From NCBI GenBank assembly GCA_046052125.1, contig JBJOMY010000001.1, forward strand, positions 448,001 through 512,000: DNA of 64,000 bases, written 5' to 3'. The DNA comes from Cyanobacteriota bacterium (lineage in GTDB: Bacteria > Cyanobacteriota > Cyanobacteriia > PCC-6307 > Cyanobiaceae). Every line of letters starts with the position of its first letter. The first letter of the stretch is position 1. The notes beneath the pieces were generated by a model. That model had not been told where the DNA came from, ran no database searches, and saw nothing but the letters and a program-made list of their open reading frames with translations. Both the position numbers and the translations under genes were made by a program. Shown here one piece after another: positions 1 to 9,764 of the stretch.

Positions 1-220
1 CGATCCCAAACACTGAGGCCGATGGGTAGCGCTGCGCCAACCGGAAGCTGATGTTGCCGGGACCGCAGCCCAGGTCCACCAACCGATCCCCCAGGCCCGC
101 GGGAAACAGGGCCGAGACACGCTCGAGCACGGCCTCATCTCCAGCGCTGAAGTCGGCGGCGGCATAGGCCTGGGCCTGCTCCACACCATCCATCAGCTCC
201 GGCTCCGGCGTGCGCTCCAT
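1..220 (-). CDS. Class I SAM-dependent methyltransferase (5' part; runs off window start)
   Basis: Manual translation from ATG 220: MERTPEPELMDGVEQAQAYAAADF...RLVDLGCGPGNIS, with SAM-binding motif I (DLGCGPG). Not in the ORF track. Confidence 0.85.
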   Translation of the reverse strand, partial: MERTPEPELMDGVEQAQAYAAADFSAGDEAVLERVSALFPAGLGDRLVDLGCGPGNISFRLAQRYPSASVFGI

Positions 221-345
221 GTCCACTCAGCACCACCACAAAGGCCATGCGCGCATCTTCGGCCCGGCACCGTCAATGGTGGCAACGGCTGCTTGCACAC
301 CCCACCAGTGGCGTTATGGTTCCGGCACGCCTAGAGCAGCCGCAC

Positions 346-2688
346 GTGACCCTGTCAGTACCTGGACCCAGCACCACCACCGTGAGCACTGCGCTCAAGG
401 GCCCCAGACCTGACTTCCCGGCCACTGCCCCCGCGGCGAATCCCGTCTTCTACCGCACCTATTCGCGCAAAACCGCCAGCGGCCGCGAGAGCTGGCAGCA
501 AGTGGCCGAGCGCAACCTTGAGGGCCTCCGCCAACTCGGCAACCTCAATCAACAGGAGGTGGATCTGCTGCGCCGCATGCAGCTCGAGCAGAAGGCCCTG
601 CCCTCCGGCCGCTGGCTCTGGATCGGCGGCACCCCCTGGATTGAGCAGCAGCACAACTTCTCAGGCGCTTACAACTGCACCTCCACCAATCTGGTGGACT
701 GGGAAGCCTTCGGTCTGATGATGGACCTGGCGATGATGGGCTGCGGCACCGGCGCCATCATTGAACCCAGGCTGATCAGCCGGCTGCCAGTGGTGCGCAA
801 CCGCCTGGCGATCCAGGCCGTGACCGACATCGGCGCAACGCCCGCTGGCCAGCGGCAGGAACACACCACGCACCGCATCGACGGTCAACAGGTGTTCATC
901 AAGGTGGGCGATACCCGCCGCGGCTGGGTGGACAGCTACCAGCTGCTACTCGAGCTCTGCAGCGATGAGCGTTTCGACGCCAGCACCCCGATCGAGATCA
1001 GCGTGGATCTCTCGGATGTGCGCCCCGTGGGCGAAACCCTCAAGGGTTTTGGCGGCATGGCCAACCCGGTGAAGCTGAAGGATCTCTACGCCCGTGTGGC
1101 TCAGATCCTGGGCAAGGCCTGCGGCCGCCAGCTCACCTCGGTGGAGTGCTGCCTGCTGATCGATGAGGCCGCCGTGACGATCGTGGCCGGCAACATCCGC
1201 CGCAGCGCCGGCATGCGCCAGTTCGCCGCCGAGGATCTCTCCGCCGCCGGCGCCAAGGAGAACCTCTGGCAGCAGGACAGCGACGGCAATTGGCGCATCG
1301 ACCCGGAGCGCGATGCGCTGCGGATGGCCAACCACACCCGTGTGTTCCACACCCGCCCCGATCGGGCCACGGTGCTCGAGGCCGTGACCAAGCAGTTCCA
1401 TTCCGGTGAAGGCGCCATCCAGTTCGCGCCCGAAGCGATCGCCCGCTCCAACGCTGATCTGCTGAGCACGCCGGAACTGCGCGCCGAATTCATCGAGATT
1501 TACTGCGATCAGGGCCGTGAGGAAGCCGGCCGCTGGCTCACCACCCACCACCCCGAGATCAGCGCTGCCGAGCTGGAGCACCGCCTCGGCCGCTACGGCC
1601 TCAACCCCTGCGGCGAGATCCTGGGCGCCGACTTCCACTGCAACCTGGCGGAGATCCACCTCAACCGGATCGATCCCGACGATCACATCGCCCAGGAAGA
1701 AGCCTTCACCGCCGGCGGCCTGGCGGTGGCCTGCCTGCTCAACCACCGCTTTGAGGTGGAGCGCTACCGCCAGAGCCGCGCCTGGGATCCGATCGTGGGC
1801 GTGAGCTTCACCGGCCTGTTCGACTTCTTCGTGCACGCCTTCGGCACCCCTTGGCTCAAGTGGTGGGAAGCAGGCCGGCCTGAAACCGAGGAAGGCCGCG
1901 CCTTCAAGGCCAAGGAAGCGGAGTATCTGAGCCGCTGGAAGCAGATCGTGAACAAGGCGGTGTGGGAGTACTGCGATCGCCACGGCCTGCGCCGCCCCAA
2001 CCGCTGCACCACCGTGCAGCCCGCCGGCACCAAGAGCCTGCTCACCGGCGCTTCCCCCGGCTGGCACCCCCCCAAGGCCCAGCGCTTCATCCGCCGCATC
2101 ACCTTCCGCAAGAACGATCCGGTGGCGCTGGCCTGCATGGACTACGGCTACACCATCGTGCCGTCGCAGAGCGATAAGGACGAACAGGGCCGCCTGCTCA
2201 ACGATCCCTTCGATCCCCGCTGCACCGAATGGCTCGTGGAGATCCCCACGGAAGTGAGCTGGGCCAACATCCCGGGCGCCGATGCCGTGGAGATCAACAA
2301 CTTCTCCGCCATGGCGCAGTTCGACTTCTACATGCAGGTGCAGCAGCACTACACGGCCCACAACACCTCGGCCACCGTGGAGTTCCGCGAGCACGAGGTG
2401 GAGCCGCTCGCCGATGCGATCTATCAAGCGATCGAGCAGGGCCAGGGGTACATCTCCGCTGCGCTGCTGGCCCGCTTCGATGCGAACGCCACCTTCCCGC
2501 GGCTGCCGTTCGAGCCGATCGATCACGCCACCTACGAGCAACTCCAGAGCGAGGTGGTCACCCGCCGCAGCACCAGCGACTTCTTTGAAGCGCTGCAGCG
2601 CTACGACGGCGGTGAGCTGATGGAGGCTGGTCCTGCCGGCTGCGATTCCGACAAGTGCCTGCTGCCATTGGCCAAGCCGGAGAACTGA
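346..2688 (+). CDS. nrdJ: Class II (adenosylcobalamin-dependent) ribonucleotide reductase
   Basis: YRTYSR, PSGRWLW, NPCGE active site, TTVQPAGT and C-terminal GCDSDKC Cys pair. ORF opens at 247; GTG 346 is the more likely start. Confidence 0.95.
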   Translation: MTLSVPGPSTTTVSTALKGPRPDFPATAPAANPVFYRTYSRKTASGRESWQQVAERNLEGLRQLGNLNQQEVDLLRRMQLEQKALPSGRWLWIGGTPWIEQQHNFSGAYNCTSTNLVDWEAFGLMMDLAMMGCGTGAIIEPRLISRLPVVRNRLAIQAVTDIGATPAGQRQEHTTHRIDGQQVFIKVGDTRRGWVDSYQLLLELCSDERFDASTPIEISVDLSDVRPVGETLKGFGGMANPVKLKDLYARVAQILGKACGRQLTSVECCLLIDEAAVTIVAGNIRRSAGMRQFAAEDLSAAGAKENLWQQDSDGNWRIDPERDALRMANHTRVFHTRPDRATVLEAVTKQFHSGEGAIQFAPEAIARSNADLLSTPELRAEFIEIYCDQGREEAGRWLTTHHPEISAAELEHRLGRYGLNPCGEILGADFHCNLAEIHLNRIDPDDHIAQEEAFTAGGLAVACLLNHRFEVERYRQSRAWDPIVGVSFTGLFDFFVHAFGTPWLKWWEAGRPETEEGRAFKAKEAEYLSRWKQIVNKAVWEYCDRHGLRRPNRCTTVQPAGTKSLLTGASPGWHPPKAQRFIRRITFRKNDPVALACMDYGYTIVPSQSDKDEQGRLLNDPFDPRCTEWLVEIPTEVSWANIPGADAVEINNFSAMAQFDFYMQVQQHYTAHNTSATVEFREHEVEPLADAIYQAIEQGQGYISAALLARFDANATFPRLPFEPIDHATYEQLQSEVVTRRSTSDFFEALQRYDGGELMEAGPAGCDSDKCLLPLAKPEN

Positions 2689-2696
2689 AGCGATTG

Positions 2697-3038
2697 ATGG
2701 GATCGCTGATCCGCCTGGGGCCGGCCATGCTGCTGGCCCTGCAGCTCCCGATCACGGCCGCCGAGCCGCCCCAAAGCGGCCCGGCACTAACTGCGTTCAG
2801 CGCTCTAAACCGTTGCAGCAGTTCCCGCCAGCAGCAAGCCTGCCTGGAGGCCGAGTCGGCTCTGAAATCCCTGATCCAGCAGCAGGAAGCGGAGGATCAG
2901 CGACGCCAACACCCGCGCTGCCTGGGAGCACTCACCCACGTGGAAACCGTGCTGGCCACGTTCCGCTGGGGCTTCAACACCAACACCAACCTCCAGCGGG
3001 TGGTTGATGCCGCTTCAGCGCAGTGCCCACCGCTCTGA
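2697..3038 (+). CDS. Hypothetical exported protein with four Cys
   Basis: ATG 8 nt after nrdJ stop; hydrophobic signal-like N-terminus; helical body with 4 Cys. Confidence 0.6.
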   Translation: MGSLIRLGPAMLLALQLPITAAEPPQSGPALTAFSALNRCSSSRQQQACLEAESALKSLIQQQEAEDQRRQHPRCLGALTHVETVLATFRWGFNTNTNLQRVVDAASAQCPPL

Positions 3039-3041
3039 AAG

Positions 3042-4097
3042 TCAGCTCAGCTGCCGGCGAATCACCGCCTGGAGCTGCTGCCATCGGGGCGCGAACAATG
3101 CCCTGAGCTGGTCGTCGTAAGCCACAGAGCCCTCAGCCACGGATGATGACTGCAAAACGCAGTTAGCGGCCAGCAGACCACTTTCGGCTGCGTGGTCGAT
3201 GCCGTGGCCGAGAAGAGGATCAATCAGAGAGGCAGCGTCACCGAGAAGCAACACACCTGGTGCGGGCGATCCCACCAACCGTTCCGGGGGAGGCAGCAGC
3301 GGGCAAGCCCTGGCCACCCCAGTGCGGCCAAACCATTGCCTGGCCAGATGCGCCGCGGGCGGGCCGGCGGCGCATCTGGCAGCCAATGGATGGAACACTC
3401 CCATATTGCGCTGCTCCCCCAGCTGAAAAGACCAGCGATAGAGCAATGACTGCGGCTGCGGATAGATCAGCTCGGACGGCTGACTGCCGTTGGCAGGATC
3501 GGACAGAACCCTCACGCCGACGCCGAGATCGTCAAGATGATGCGAGCCCAGCATCTGCTGACGAACCCGAGAGCCGGCTCCATCGGCAGCCAACACCCAA
3601 CTGGCCTGCAGCTCCCAGCCGCGGAACCCTCCCGTGGGATCAGGCCGCCGGCCGCTCAGGCACCAACCGCCCGCTGGATCAGGACGGAGCTGGGTCAGCT
3701 GCCAGCCCTGACGGACCGACAGACCTTGCTGGCAAAGCTGATCCACCAGCAGAGCATCGAACAAACGCCGTGGCAGCGCCTCGGCGATCGGCGTGAGCGA
3801 AAGGCTGCCAGACTCGGTGGAACGCCAGGCCTGGGGACGCTGGCGAGCCAGACGATCGAACACCACACTGCCCCGGGTTAGCAGAGCACTGCGCTTGAGA
3901 AGCGGACCCCAGCTGGGCTGAAAACCTGCCTGCCGCAAAAGGGGAAAGGTCCGGGGCGGCAGTAGATCACCGCAGATTTTGTCTCGGGGAAAGCAGGCGC
4001 GATCGAGCAAAACCACGGCCACCCCTGCCCGATGCAGCCCCATCGCCGCCGTGGCGCCCGCCGGACCAGCCCCAACAACAACGACCGGCCCACCCAT
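3042..4097 (-). CDS. FAD-dependent oxidoreductase, geranylgeranyl reductase family
   Basis: GAGPAG Rossmann motif, FPRDKICGD, AADGAGS, LLGDAASLIDPLLGHGI. Confidence 0.85.
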   Translation of the reverse strand: MGGPVVVVGAGPAGATAAMGLHRAGVAVVLLDRACFPRDKICGDLLPPRTFPLLRQAGFQPSWGPLLKRSALLTRGSVVFDRLARQRPQAWRSTESGSLSLTPIAEALPRRLFDALLVDQLCQQGLSVRQGWQLTQLRPDPAGGWCLSGRRPDPTGGFRGWELQASWVLAADGAGSRVRQQMLGSHHLDDLGVGVRVLSDPANGSQPSELIYPQPQSLLYRWSFQLGEQRNMGVFHPLAARCAAGPPAAHLARQWFGRTGVARACPLLPPPERLVGSPAPGVLLLGDAASLIDPLLGHGIDHAAESGLLAANCVLQSSSVAEGSVAYDDQLRALFAPRWQQLQAVIRRQLS

Positions 4098-4102
4098 CGC
4101 GT

Positions 4103-4267
4103 TCAGACCGCGCCGAGAAACTCCAGGGCCGTGGCTAGTTGCTCGAGGAGCTCGCAACAGCGTTCGTACTGAATCTCAGGAGCGAGGCTCACAGGGAGGG
4201 TTTCAATCATGTCGGCCAGCTCACGAGTTCGCACGGCCAACAGATCAGTGCAGAGAACAGACATCAT
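4103..4267 (-). CDS. Small hypothetical protein (54 aa), not in ORF track
   Basis: MMSVLCTDLLAVRTRELADMIETLPVSLAPEIQYERCCELLEQLATALEFLGAV; stop lies 5 nt upstream of the reductase ATG. Confidence 0.5.
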   Translation of the reverse strand: MMSVLCTDLLAVRTRELADMIETLPVSLAPEIQYERCCELLEQLATALEFLGAV

Positions 4268-4392
4268 CCCCGCGACCCTGGGTCGCCCAACGCGCTATTC
4301 CAACCTTGAATCCCAGTCTCACGAGTCCACTCCGAGATTAACCATGCTGTGGCGGCGCGTGGGAACATAGGTACAGCCTGAGGGCTACACCT

Positions 4393-4477
4393 GGAGAGGT
4401 GGTCGAGTGGTTGATGGCTCCGGTCTTGAAAACCGGCGAAGTGAAAGCTTCCGTGGGTTCGAATCCCACCCTCTCCG
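4393..4477 (+). tRNA. tRNA-Ser (anticodon TGA)
   Basis: GGAGAGG/CCTCTCC acceptor stem, CCGGT-CTTGAAA-ACCGG anticodon arm, long variable arm, GGTTCGAATCC T-arm. Confidence 0.97.
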
Positions 4478-4626
4478 TTTCTCAAGCCCCTGAATCCAGG
4501 CCCGCGGGGCCCGGCAGCAGGGGTGTTGGATTCCAGAAACTTTTAACAAGCGCGCTGCCGATTGCAGCGATCGACACACCGCCGCTGTCCATGCGGCAGT
4601 TGCATGGGCGCAGCCAACATCGATGG

Positions 4627-4827
4627 ATGGCCTACGAACCCGGAACCACGCACTGCCGCGTGCTGATCGACAGCAAGGAGCAGATCGAGGCCATGCTGCT
4701 CAGCCTCGCCAAGCTCGAGCACACCGAGCACATTCGCCAACAGCTCGTGGCCGTGCACAACCAACTGGAAGGGCTGCATGAACTGCAGCGCAAGCGGCGC
4801 AGCGCCGGCGCCCTCGCCGCAGCCTGA
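4627..4827 (+). CDS. Small hypothetical protein
   Basis: 66-aa helical ORF MAYEPGTTHCRVLIDSK... with host-like codon usage. Confidence 0.7.
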   Translation: MAYEPGTTHCRVLIDSKEQIEAMLLSLAKLEHTEHIRQQLVAVHNQLEGLHELQRKRRSAGALAAA

Positions 4828-4890
4828 ACCGCAACCGCTCGCTGTGATTGCCGCGCAGGCGCCTTAGCCTGTCGCCGCGATCACAGCCCG

Positions 4891-5007
4891 ATGATTTTCG
4901 ACAACGACAAGCGGCCCGGCTGGCTGAACTGGCTGTTTCTGGCGATCTTCCTGTGGAGTTCCTGGCAGCTCGCCGGGATGTGGTTCTCCCAGCTCCATCA
5001 GGGGTAG
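4891..5007 (+). CDS. Small Trp-rich membrane peptide (38 aa), not in ORF track
   Basis: MIFDNDKRPGWLNWLFLAIFLWSSWQLAGMWFSQLHQG; one TM helix, mostly G/C third positions, converges on ppk2 with a 10-nt overlap. Confidence 0.65.
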   Translation: MIFDNDKRPGWLNWLFLAIFLWSSWQLAGMWFSQLHQG

Positions 5008-5837
5008 CGATTCGGCACAAAGAACTGCTCGTTGATCGGCGGCCGCTCATAGCCCTTGGCGCTGCGGCGGGGTGAGAGCTTCTGGGCCGGGGGAGTCATG
5101 TCTTCGTAGGGCACTTTGCTGAGCAGGTGCTGAATGCAGTTGAGGCGGGCGCGGCGCTTGTCGTCGGCCTGCACCGTGAACCACGGGGCCTCAGGGATGT
5201 TGGTGTGGGCGAACATCTCATCCTTCGCCTTCGAAAATTCCACCCAGCGATCGCGTGATTGCAGATCCATCGGGCTGAGCTTCCAGCGGCGGGCAGGATC
5301 ATCAATCCGGGCCTGAAAGCGAGCCTCCTGCTCCTCATCACTCACCGAAAACCAATACTTCAACAGCACGATTCCCGATCGCACCAGCATCCGCTCGAAC
5401 TCCGGACAGGACTGTTCAAATTCGCGCAGCTGGGCCTCCGTGCAGAAGCCCATCACCCGCTCCACACCGGCGCGGTTGTACCAACTTCGATCGAAGAGCA
5501 CGATTTCGCCGGCCGTGGGGAAATGCTCCACGTAGCGCTGGAAATACCACTGCCCGCGCTGTTGATCACTAGGGGTTCCCAGGGCCACCACCCGGCATCC
5601 ACGCGGGTTGAGCGGTTCGGTGATGCGTTTGATCGTGCCGCCTTTGCCGGCTGCATCACGGCCTTCGAACAGCACGATTAAGCGAAAGCCGGTGGCCTTC
5701 ACCCAGTACTGCATCTTCACCAGCTCCACCTGAAGCCGGGCTAGCTCCTGCTCATACAGCTTGCGATCCAGCCGCTCTAGCTGAGCGAGAGGGGCAGGGC
5801 TCGAGGCGACGTCGTGCTTGTGCTTGTGCTTGGCCAT
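4998..5837 (-). CDS. ppk2: Polyphosphate kinase 2
   Basis: FEGRDAAGKGG Walker A, FDRSWYNRAGVERVMGF, WKLSPMD. Confidence 0.95.
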   Translation of the reverse strand: MAKHKHKHDVASSPAPLAQLERLDRKLYEQELARLQVELVKMQYWVKATGFRLIVLFEGRDAAGKGGTIKRITEPLNPRGCRVVALGTPSDQQRGQWYFQRYVEHFPTAGEIVLFDRSWYNRAGVERVMGFCTEAQLREFEQSCPEFERMLVRSGIVLLKYWFSVSDEEQEARFQARIDDPARRWKLSPMDLQSRDRWVEFSKAKDEMFAHTNIPEAPWFTVQADDKRRARLNCIQHLLSKVPYEDMTPPAQKLSPRRSAKGYERPPINEQFFVPNRYP

Positions 5838-5843
5838 CGGCAC

Positions 5844-6263
5844 TCAGCGGCGGGGGCGAGGGGATCGGCTGGCCGGCTTCAGGGAAGGTTTGGCGGTAGC
5901 CGGCGTGAACAGCGCACGCACCAAGCGAACCAAACCGGCCACCAGCAGCAACAGCGCCAACAGGGCCAGCGCCACCAGCACCAGCACCGCCAGGAGCTGC
6001 AGCACCCCCATCAACAGCTGCGACAGGCCACCGATCAAATGACCGATCGCCGTGCTGACCAACAACAGGCTGTCGAGATCGATCAGCTCAGGCAACTGAA
6101 GAAGCAGCACGAGCAGACCAACCCCGCCGGCCATCAGCAGCATCGCCTCGAGGATCTGGCGCGAGCGGGGCGGGCGCCGGCGCTGGCGGAATACCGCGCG
6201 CTCAGCCGGTGCAGGTTGGCCGCGGCCACCACTCAGCACCTGCAGCCCGCGGCGACGGCTCAT
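5844..6263 (-). CDS. Hypothetical membrane protein
   Basis: Long Leu-rich hydrophobic segments; overlaps upstream ORF by 4 nt. Confidence 0.7.
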   Translation of the reverse strand: MSRRRGLQVLSGGRGQPAPAERAVFRQRRRPPRSRQILEAMLLMAGGVGLLVLLLQLPELIDLDSLLLVSTAIGHLIGGLSQLLMGVLQLLAVLVLVALALLALLLLVAGLVRLVRALFTPATAKPSLKPASRSPRPRR

Positions 6264-6508
6264 GAATCCAGCTGGTGGCCGGCGCCGCGCATCCAGCGCT
6301 CAAACTCCACCAACACCAGTTCGTTGGGGCAGTCGACCAGGCTGAGATCACCCACGCTGCAATCCCCCTGGCCGCCGTGGTGCAGGGAGAGGTGAAAACC
6401 ATTGCCGCTGAGGCCGCACACCTCCGGATCACTGCGCACCACCACATCGAGGCAGGCGCCAAGGCGGGTCACACGGCGGCGCAACTCAGACCAGCTCAAG
6501 ACGCTCAT
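6260..6508 (-). CDS. Small hypothetical protein
   Basis: 82-aa ORF translationally coupled to the downstream gene. Confidence 0.7.
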   Translation of the reverse strand: MSVLSWSELRRRVTRLGACLDVVVRSDPEVCGLSGNGFHLSLHHGGQGDCSVGDLSLVDCPNELVLVEFERWMRGAGHQLDS

Positions 6509-6544
6509 GGCGGTAGTGCAAGTGTGGTGGGGAATGCGGTGGCG

Positions 6545-7141
6545 TCAACCACCTCGCGCGGGGGTGCTCACCGCTGCTGGAGCAGGGCCGACAGGCTTCG
6601 GTGTGGGGATCAGCGACACCAGAGCGCCCGCCACCAACAAGGCCGCCACGCCACTGAGCGGAGCCGCCAGCCGGCGGGCCAGAGGCAGACGATCACGCAG
6701 TTCCGAACGGCGCAGGGGCTGGGATTCGGGCCAAATGAGGGGAACAGCCACCTGGGGATCGAGCTGAAGGCGATCGAGGCAGCGCACCAGATCGGCCAGC
6801 TCGGCATCGTCGAGGGGCAGCTGCAGCGGCGGGGTGTTGGGCTGGCTGCTGCGCAGCTCCAGCTCATGGCCGTCCTGGGCCGGGCGGATCGCCACGGGAG
6901 CATCGCCGGCACCCATCGGTTTCGACACGCCGCTCAACAGCTGGCGGGCGTAGGGCAGCACCACCGTGAGCAGCGCCTGCAGGTGATCCCGCTGGCCCTC
7001 CATCTCGGTTTTGCCGGCGAGCGCCAGGCTGAAGCCGGTGAGGATGCCGATGGTCTGGCTGCTCTGGCCGGCGGAGAGATCGGGCAGACCCTCCAGCACG
7101 AGCCGGCAGCTGGTTTGTTCGTAGCGGCTGGTGAGTTTCAT
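6545..7141 (-). CDS. Conserved cyanobacterial protein (DUF4335-like)
   Basis: Y-x3-CRLVLEGLPD N-terminus and C-terminal TM; adjacent to a DUF3038-like gene. Confidence 0.75.
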   Translation of the reverse strand: MKLTSRYEQTSCRLVLEGLPDLSAGQSSQTIGILTGFSLALAGKTEMEGQRDHLQALLTVVLPYARQLLSGVSKPMGAGDAPVAIRPAQDGHELELRSSQPNTPPLQLPLDDAELADLVRCLDRLQLDPQVAVPLIWPESQPLRRSELRDRLPLARRLAAPLSGVAALLVAGALVSLIPTPKPVGPAPAAVSTPARGG

Positions 7142-7164
7142 CGCAGGGTCTCGTGGGCTGCGGA

Positions 7165-7701
7165 TCAGGCCGCTGCATCCATCAGGCTGGCCTTGAGCCG
7201 GGCGAACCCGCCCGGACCAGCACTGAGGGCCATGGTTTGAATTAGTTCGCGGCAGAGCTCAGGGCCCTGCTGCGGATCGAGCAGGCGCTGCACACCGCCA
7301 CGGCGGGGGTTGAAGCGCTCCTGTAACAGGTCCTGCAGGCGCGAGCGGAACAGCGCCCAGCGCTGCTCACTGAGCTGGGGAGGCTCCGCCGAGGAGAGCA
7401 GGCTGCGCAGCATCGGATAGAGGCGATCCGCCAGGGCATTGAGGATGCGGATCAGCCCATCGGCTTCGGCTTCGCTCAACAACTCCCGGCGGGTGGTGCG
7501 GCGCAGGGGATTACTGCAGCGGCGTTTCCAGAGCTCCACCCGATTGGGAAACAGATCGGTGAGCCCCATCTCTTCGCTGAGCCACACCATCGCCTCGCCT
7601 CCATTGAGATCGAGGGCTTCGGCGCACAGCAGCAGCAGATCAAGCCGCTCCAAACCCCGCCGGGAGAGAACGCGCTGGGGGTGCGAAGGAGCATCGGCCA
7701 T
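7165..7701 (-). CDS. DUF3038-like cyanobacterial protein
   Basis: LDLLLL-AEALD...PNRVELW-R--NPLR pattern. Confidence 0.75.
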   Translation of the reverse strand: MADAPSHPQRVLSRRGLERLDLLLLCAEALDLNGGEAMVWLSEEMGLTDLFPNRVELWKRRCSNPLRRTTRRELLSEAEADGLIRILNALADRLYPMLRSLLSSAEPPQLSEQRWALFRSRLQDLLQERFNPRRGGVQRLLDPQQGPELCRELIQTMALSAGPGGFARLKASLMDAAA

Positions 7702-7740
7702 GGCTGCGATACTGCCAGCTGCGCAGCCAATCCGTCGACC

Positions 7741-8265
7741 ATGAGCGCCATTGATCTGCGCCAGCTGGTGCGGGACATCCCCGACTTCCCCAAGCCGGGC
7801 ATCCTGTTCCGTGACATCACACCGCTGATGCGCAGCCCTCTGGCCTGGCAGGAGGTGATGCGTCAAATGGCTGCCGTGTGTGAGCGGCTCGAGCCCGATC
7901 TGATCGTGGGGATCGAATCGCGGGGCTTCATCGTGGGCACCGCCCTGGCCACCGCCTGCAACATCGGCTTCAGCCCCGTGCGCAAGCCGGGCAAGCTGCC
8001 CGGCGAGGTGATCGGTGTGGACTACAGCCTCGAATACGGCACCGATCGCCTCGAGATCATTCCCGACGGGTTCGAACAGCGCCCGCGTGTGTTGATCGTG
8101 GACGACCTGCTGGCCACCGGCGGCACCGCCGGCGCCTGCGCCGAATTGGTGAGCCGGGTGGGCGGCGAGCTCTGCGGCTTCGCCTTCATCGTGGAGCTGG
8201 CGGATCTGGGCGGCAAAACGAAGCTCCCCGAGGCGGTGCCGGTGGAGTCGCTGATCGTTTATTGA
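7741..8265 (+). CDS. apt: Adenine phosphoribosyltransferase
   Basis: [43 protein letters not shown] motif. Confidence 0.95.
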   Translation: MSAIDLRQLVRDIPDFPKPGILFRDITPLMRSPLAWQEVMRQMAAVCERLEPDLIVGIESRGFIVGTALATACNIGFSPVRKPGKLPGEVIGVDYSLEYGTDRLEIIPDGFEQRPRVLIVDDLLATGGTAGACAELVSRVGGELCGFAFIVELADLGGKTKLPEAVPVESLIVY

Positions 8266-8277
8266 GCAACGCGATCG

Positions 8278-8490
8278 CTACTCGAGGCTGGCTTGCCAGC
8301 TGAGCACCTGATCGAACTGCTCCAGGCTGATCAAGCCAAAGCGCCAGAGCACTACAGGCAAAGGCGCCTGCTCCTGCTCCGATTGCTTCAGGCCCAACTG
8401 CAAGGCGTTGTCGCTCAACGCCAGCTCCTGGCGCAGATAGCGGAGCAGCGCGGCCTGAGGTGCTGGCTGGGGCGAGGTACTGATCACCAT
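8278..8490 (-). CDS. DUF2949-like small cyanobacterial protein
   Basis: PLPVVLWRFGLISLEQ motif. Confidence 0.75.
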   Translation of the reverse strand: MVISTSPQPAPQAALLRYLRQELALSDNALQLGLKQSEQEQAPLPVVLWRFGLISLEQFDQVLSWQASLE

Positions 8491-8503
8491 GGCGCCATGC
8501 TGA

Positions 8504-9685
8504 TCAGGGCCAGCGCAGCCGGCAAGGTCCGTCACTCATGGCACTGAGGCTCACGGCTCGCACCCAGGCCGAGCGCTCCAACAGCAGCATGGCCAACCGG
8601 CGCAGCGGCAACAGCAACGGCTGGCGGTTGGAGAACACCCGCACCAGAGCATCGGTGGCCAGCAGCACCAGGCCGATATCGAGCCAGCGCCGGCGCGCAT
8701 AACGGCCGGGCAGCTGCCGAAGGCGCAACGAGCCTGCCTGCACCTGGCCGGCCAGCACCTGCAGGGCGGCCACATCTCGCCAGCAGAGATTGAGGCCCTG
8801 ACCGCCCACCGGATGGGAGCGGTGGGCGGCTTCCCCCATCAGCACCAACTGGCGGCGGCGCAGCGGCCAGGCCCACTCGATCGCCACGGGGAAGGCGCGG
8901 GGTTGATCAAGCAACACCTCCGCCTGCAACGGCTCGGGCAGCGCTGCGCTCAAGGCATCCAAAAAGGCCACAGGATCCAGGCTCTCCAGCTGCCGCAGGC
9001 GCTGCATCGGCGCGCTCCACACCAGCTGAAACGCATCACCACCCAGGGGCAACACCGCAAACGGCCCTTCAGGGCGGAACAACTCCCAGGCTTGATCGGG
9101 CTTGGAGCCGCGCAGGCGCACCTGCACCGTGAGGCATCCCTGCCGGTAAGCACGCCGCCACTGCCTCAGCCCCGCCGCCGTGCGCCGCGGTGAATGGTGA
9201 CCATCGGCGGCCACCTCCAGATCCACTGGGCTTGTGGCGGCGCAGCTCGCCGGATCCCCCAGGCTGAGGCTCACACCGCTTTGCTGCTCCAGGGCACGAA
9301 GCAGCAGCTCCATCAAGGGTTGATGCTGCAGGATCCAGCCCACGGCAGCGGTGTCGGCCTGGGGGCGGTGCCCCGGCAGATCCGAAGCGAGAAACGACAC
9401 CTGCCGCCGCAGGGCGCGATCACAGAGCTCCAGCCGGCTGAAGGGCGCCAGATGGGCGCGCAACGGCTGCCAGAGATCCAGGCCGGCCAGCAACTCGGCG
9501 CTGGAATGGGTGAGGGCGTAGGCGCGGCTGCGGTTGAGCAGCCCCTCGCGGGGCTGTGGATCGCAGAGCTCCACTTGCCAGCCGCTGCGGGCTAGGGCCA
9601 GGGCCGCCAGGGCGCCGGTGGGCCCAGCTCCGAACACACGAGCCCGCAGCGCGGCAGCTGGTGGGGCTGGTGGTCGGCTGAGCAT
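8504..9685 (-). CDS. FAD-dependent hydroxylase, UbiH/VisC family
   Basis: GAGPTG, AADG, GEAAHRSHPVGGQGLNL. Confidence 0.85.
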   Translation of the reverse strand: MLSRPPAPPAAALRARVFGAGPTGALAALALARSGWQVELCDPQPREGLLNRSRAYALTHSSAELLAGLDLWQPLRAHLAPFSRLELCDRALRRQVSFLASDLPGHRPQADTAAVGWILQHQPLMELLLRALEQQSGVSLSLGDPASCAATSPVDLEVAADGHHSPRRTAAGLRQWRRAYRQGCLTVQVRLRGSKPDQAWELFRPEGPFAVLPLGGDAFQLVWSAPMQRLRQLESLDPVAFLDALSAALPEPLQAEVLLDQPRAFPVAIEWAWPLRRRQLVLMGEAAHRSHPVGGQGLNLCWRDVAALQVLAGQVQAGSLRLRQLPGRYARRRWLDIGLVLLATDALVRVFSNRQPLLLPLRRLAMLLLERSAWVRAVSLSAMSDGPCRLRWP

Positions 9686-9697
9686 CGGCAAAGCAAC

Positions 9698-9730
9698 AAA
9701 AAAACCGCAGCACGATTCTGTGCTGCGGTT
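9698..9730 (-). terminator. Intrinsic terminator of hli
   Basis: AACCGCAGCAC/GTGCTGCGGTT stem followed by a T-run on the minus strand. Confidence 0.85.
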
Positions 9731-9764
9731 GTGTCAGGCGTGAGCCTGTGAGGGGATCGAAGGA

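Noticed and set aside
221..345. Cobalamin riboswitch or NrdR boxes upstream of nrdJ
   Set aside because: Gap is short and shared with a divergent gene; no B12 box and only weak NrdR-like matches
946..2541. 531-aa minus-strand ORF (and similar long antisense ORFs over chlH, glnN, pstS, arsJ)
   Set aside because: Stop-poor antisense frames expected in high-GC coding DNA
346..2688. Intein or intron in nrdJ
   Set aside because: Length and motif spacing are continuous; no splice-junction motifs
4393..4560. tRNA-Ser as an integration site (att) for an island
   Set aside because: No duplicate of the tRNA 3' end and no integrase seen in the window
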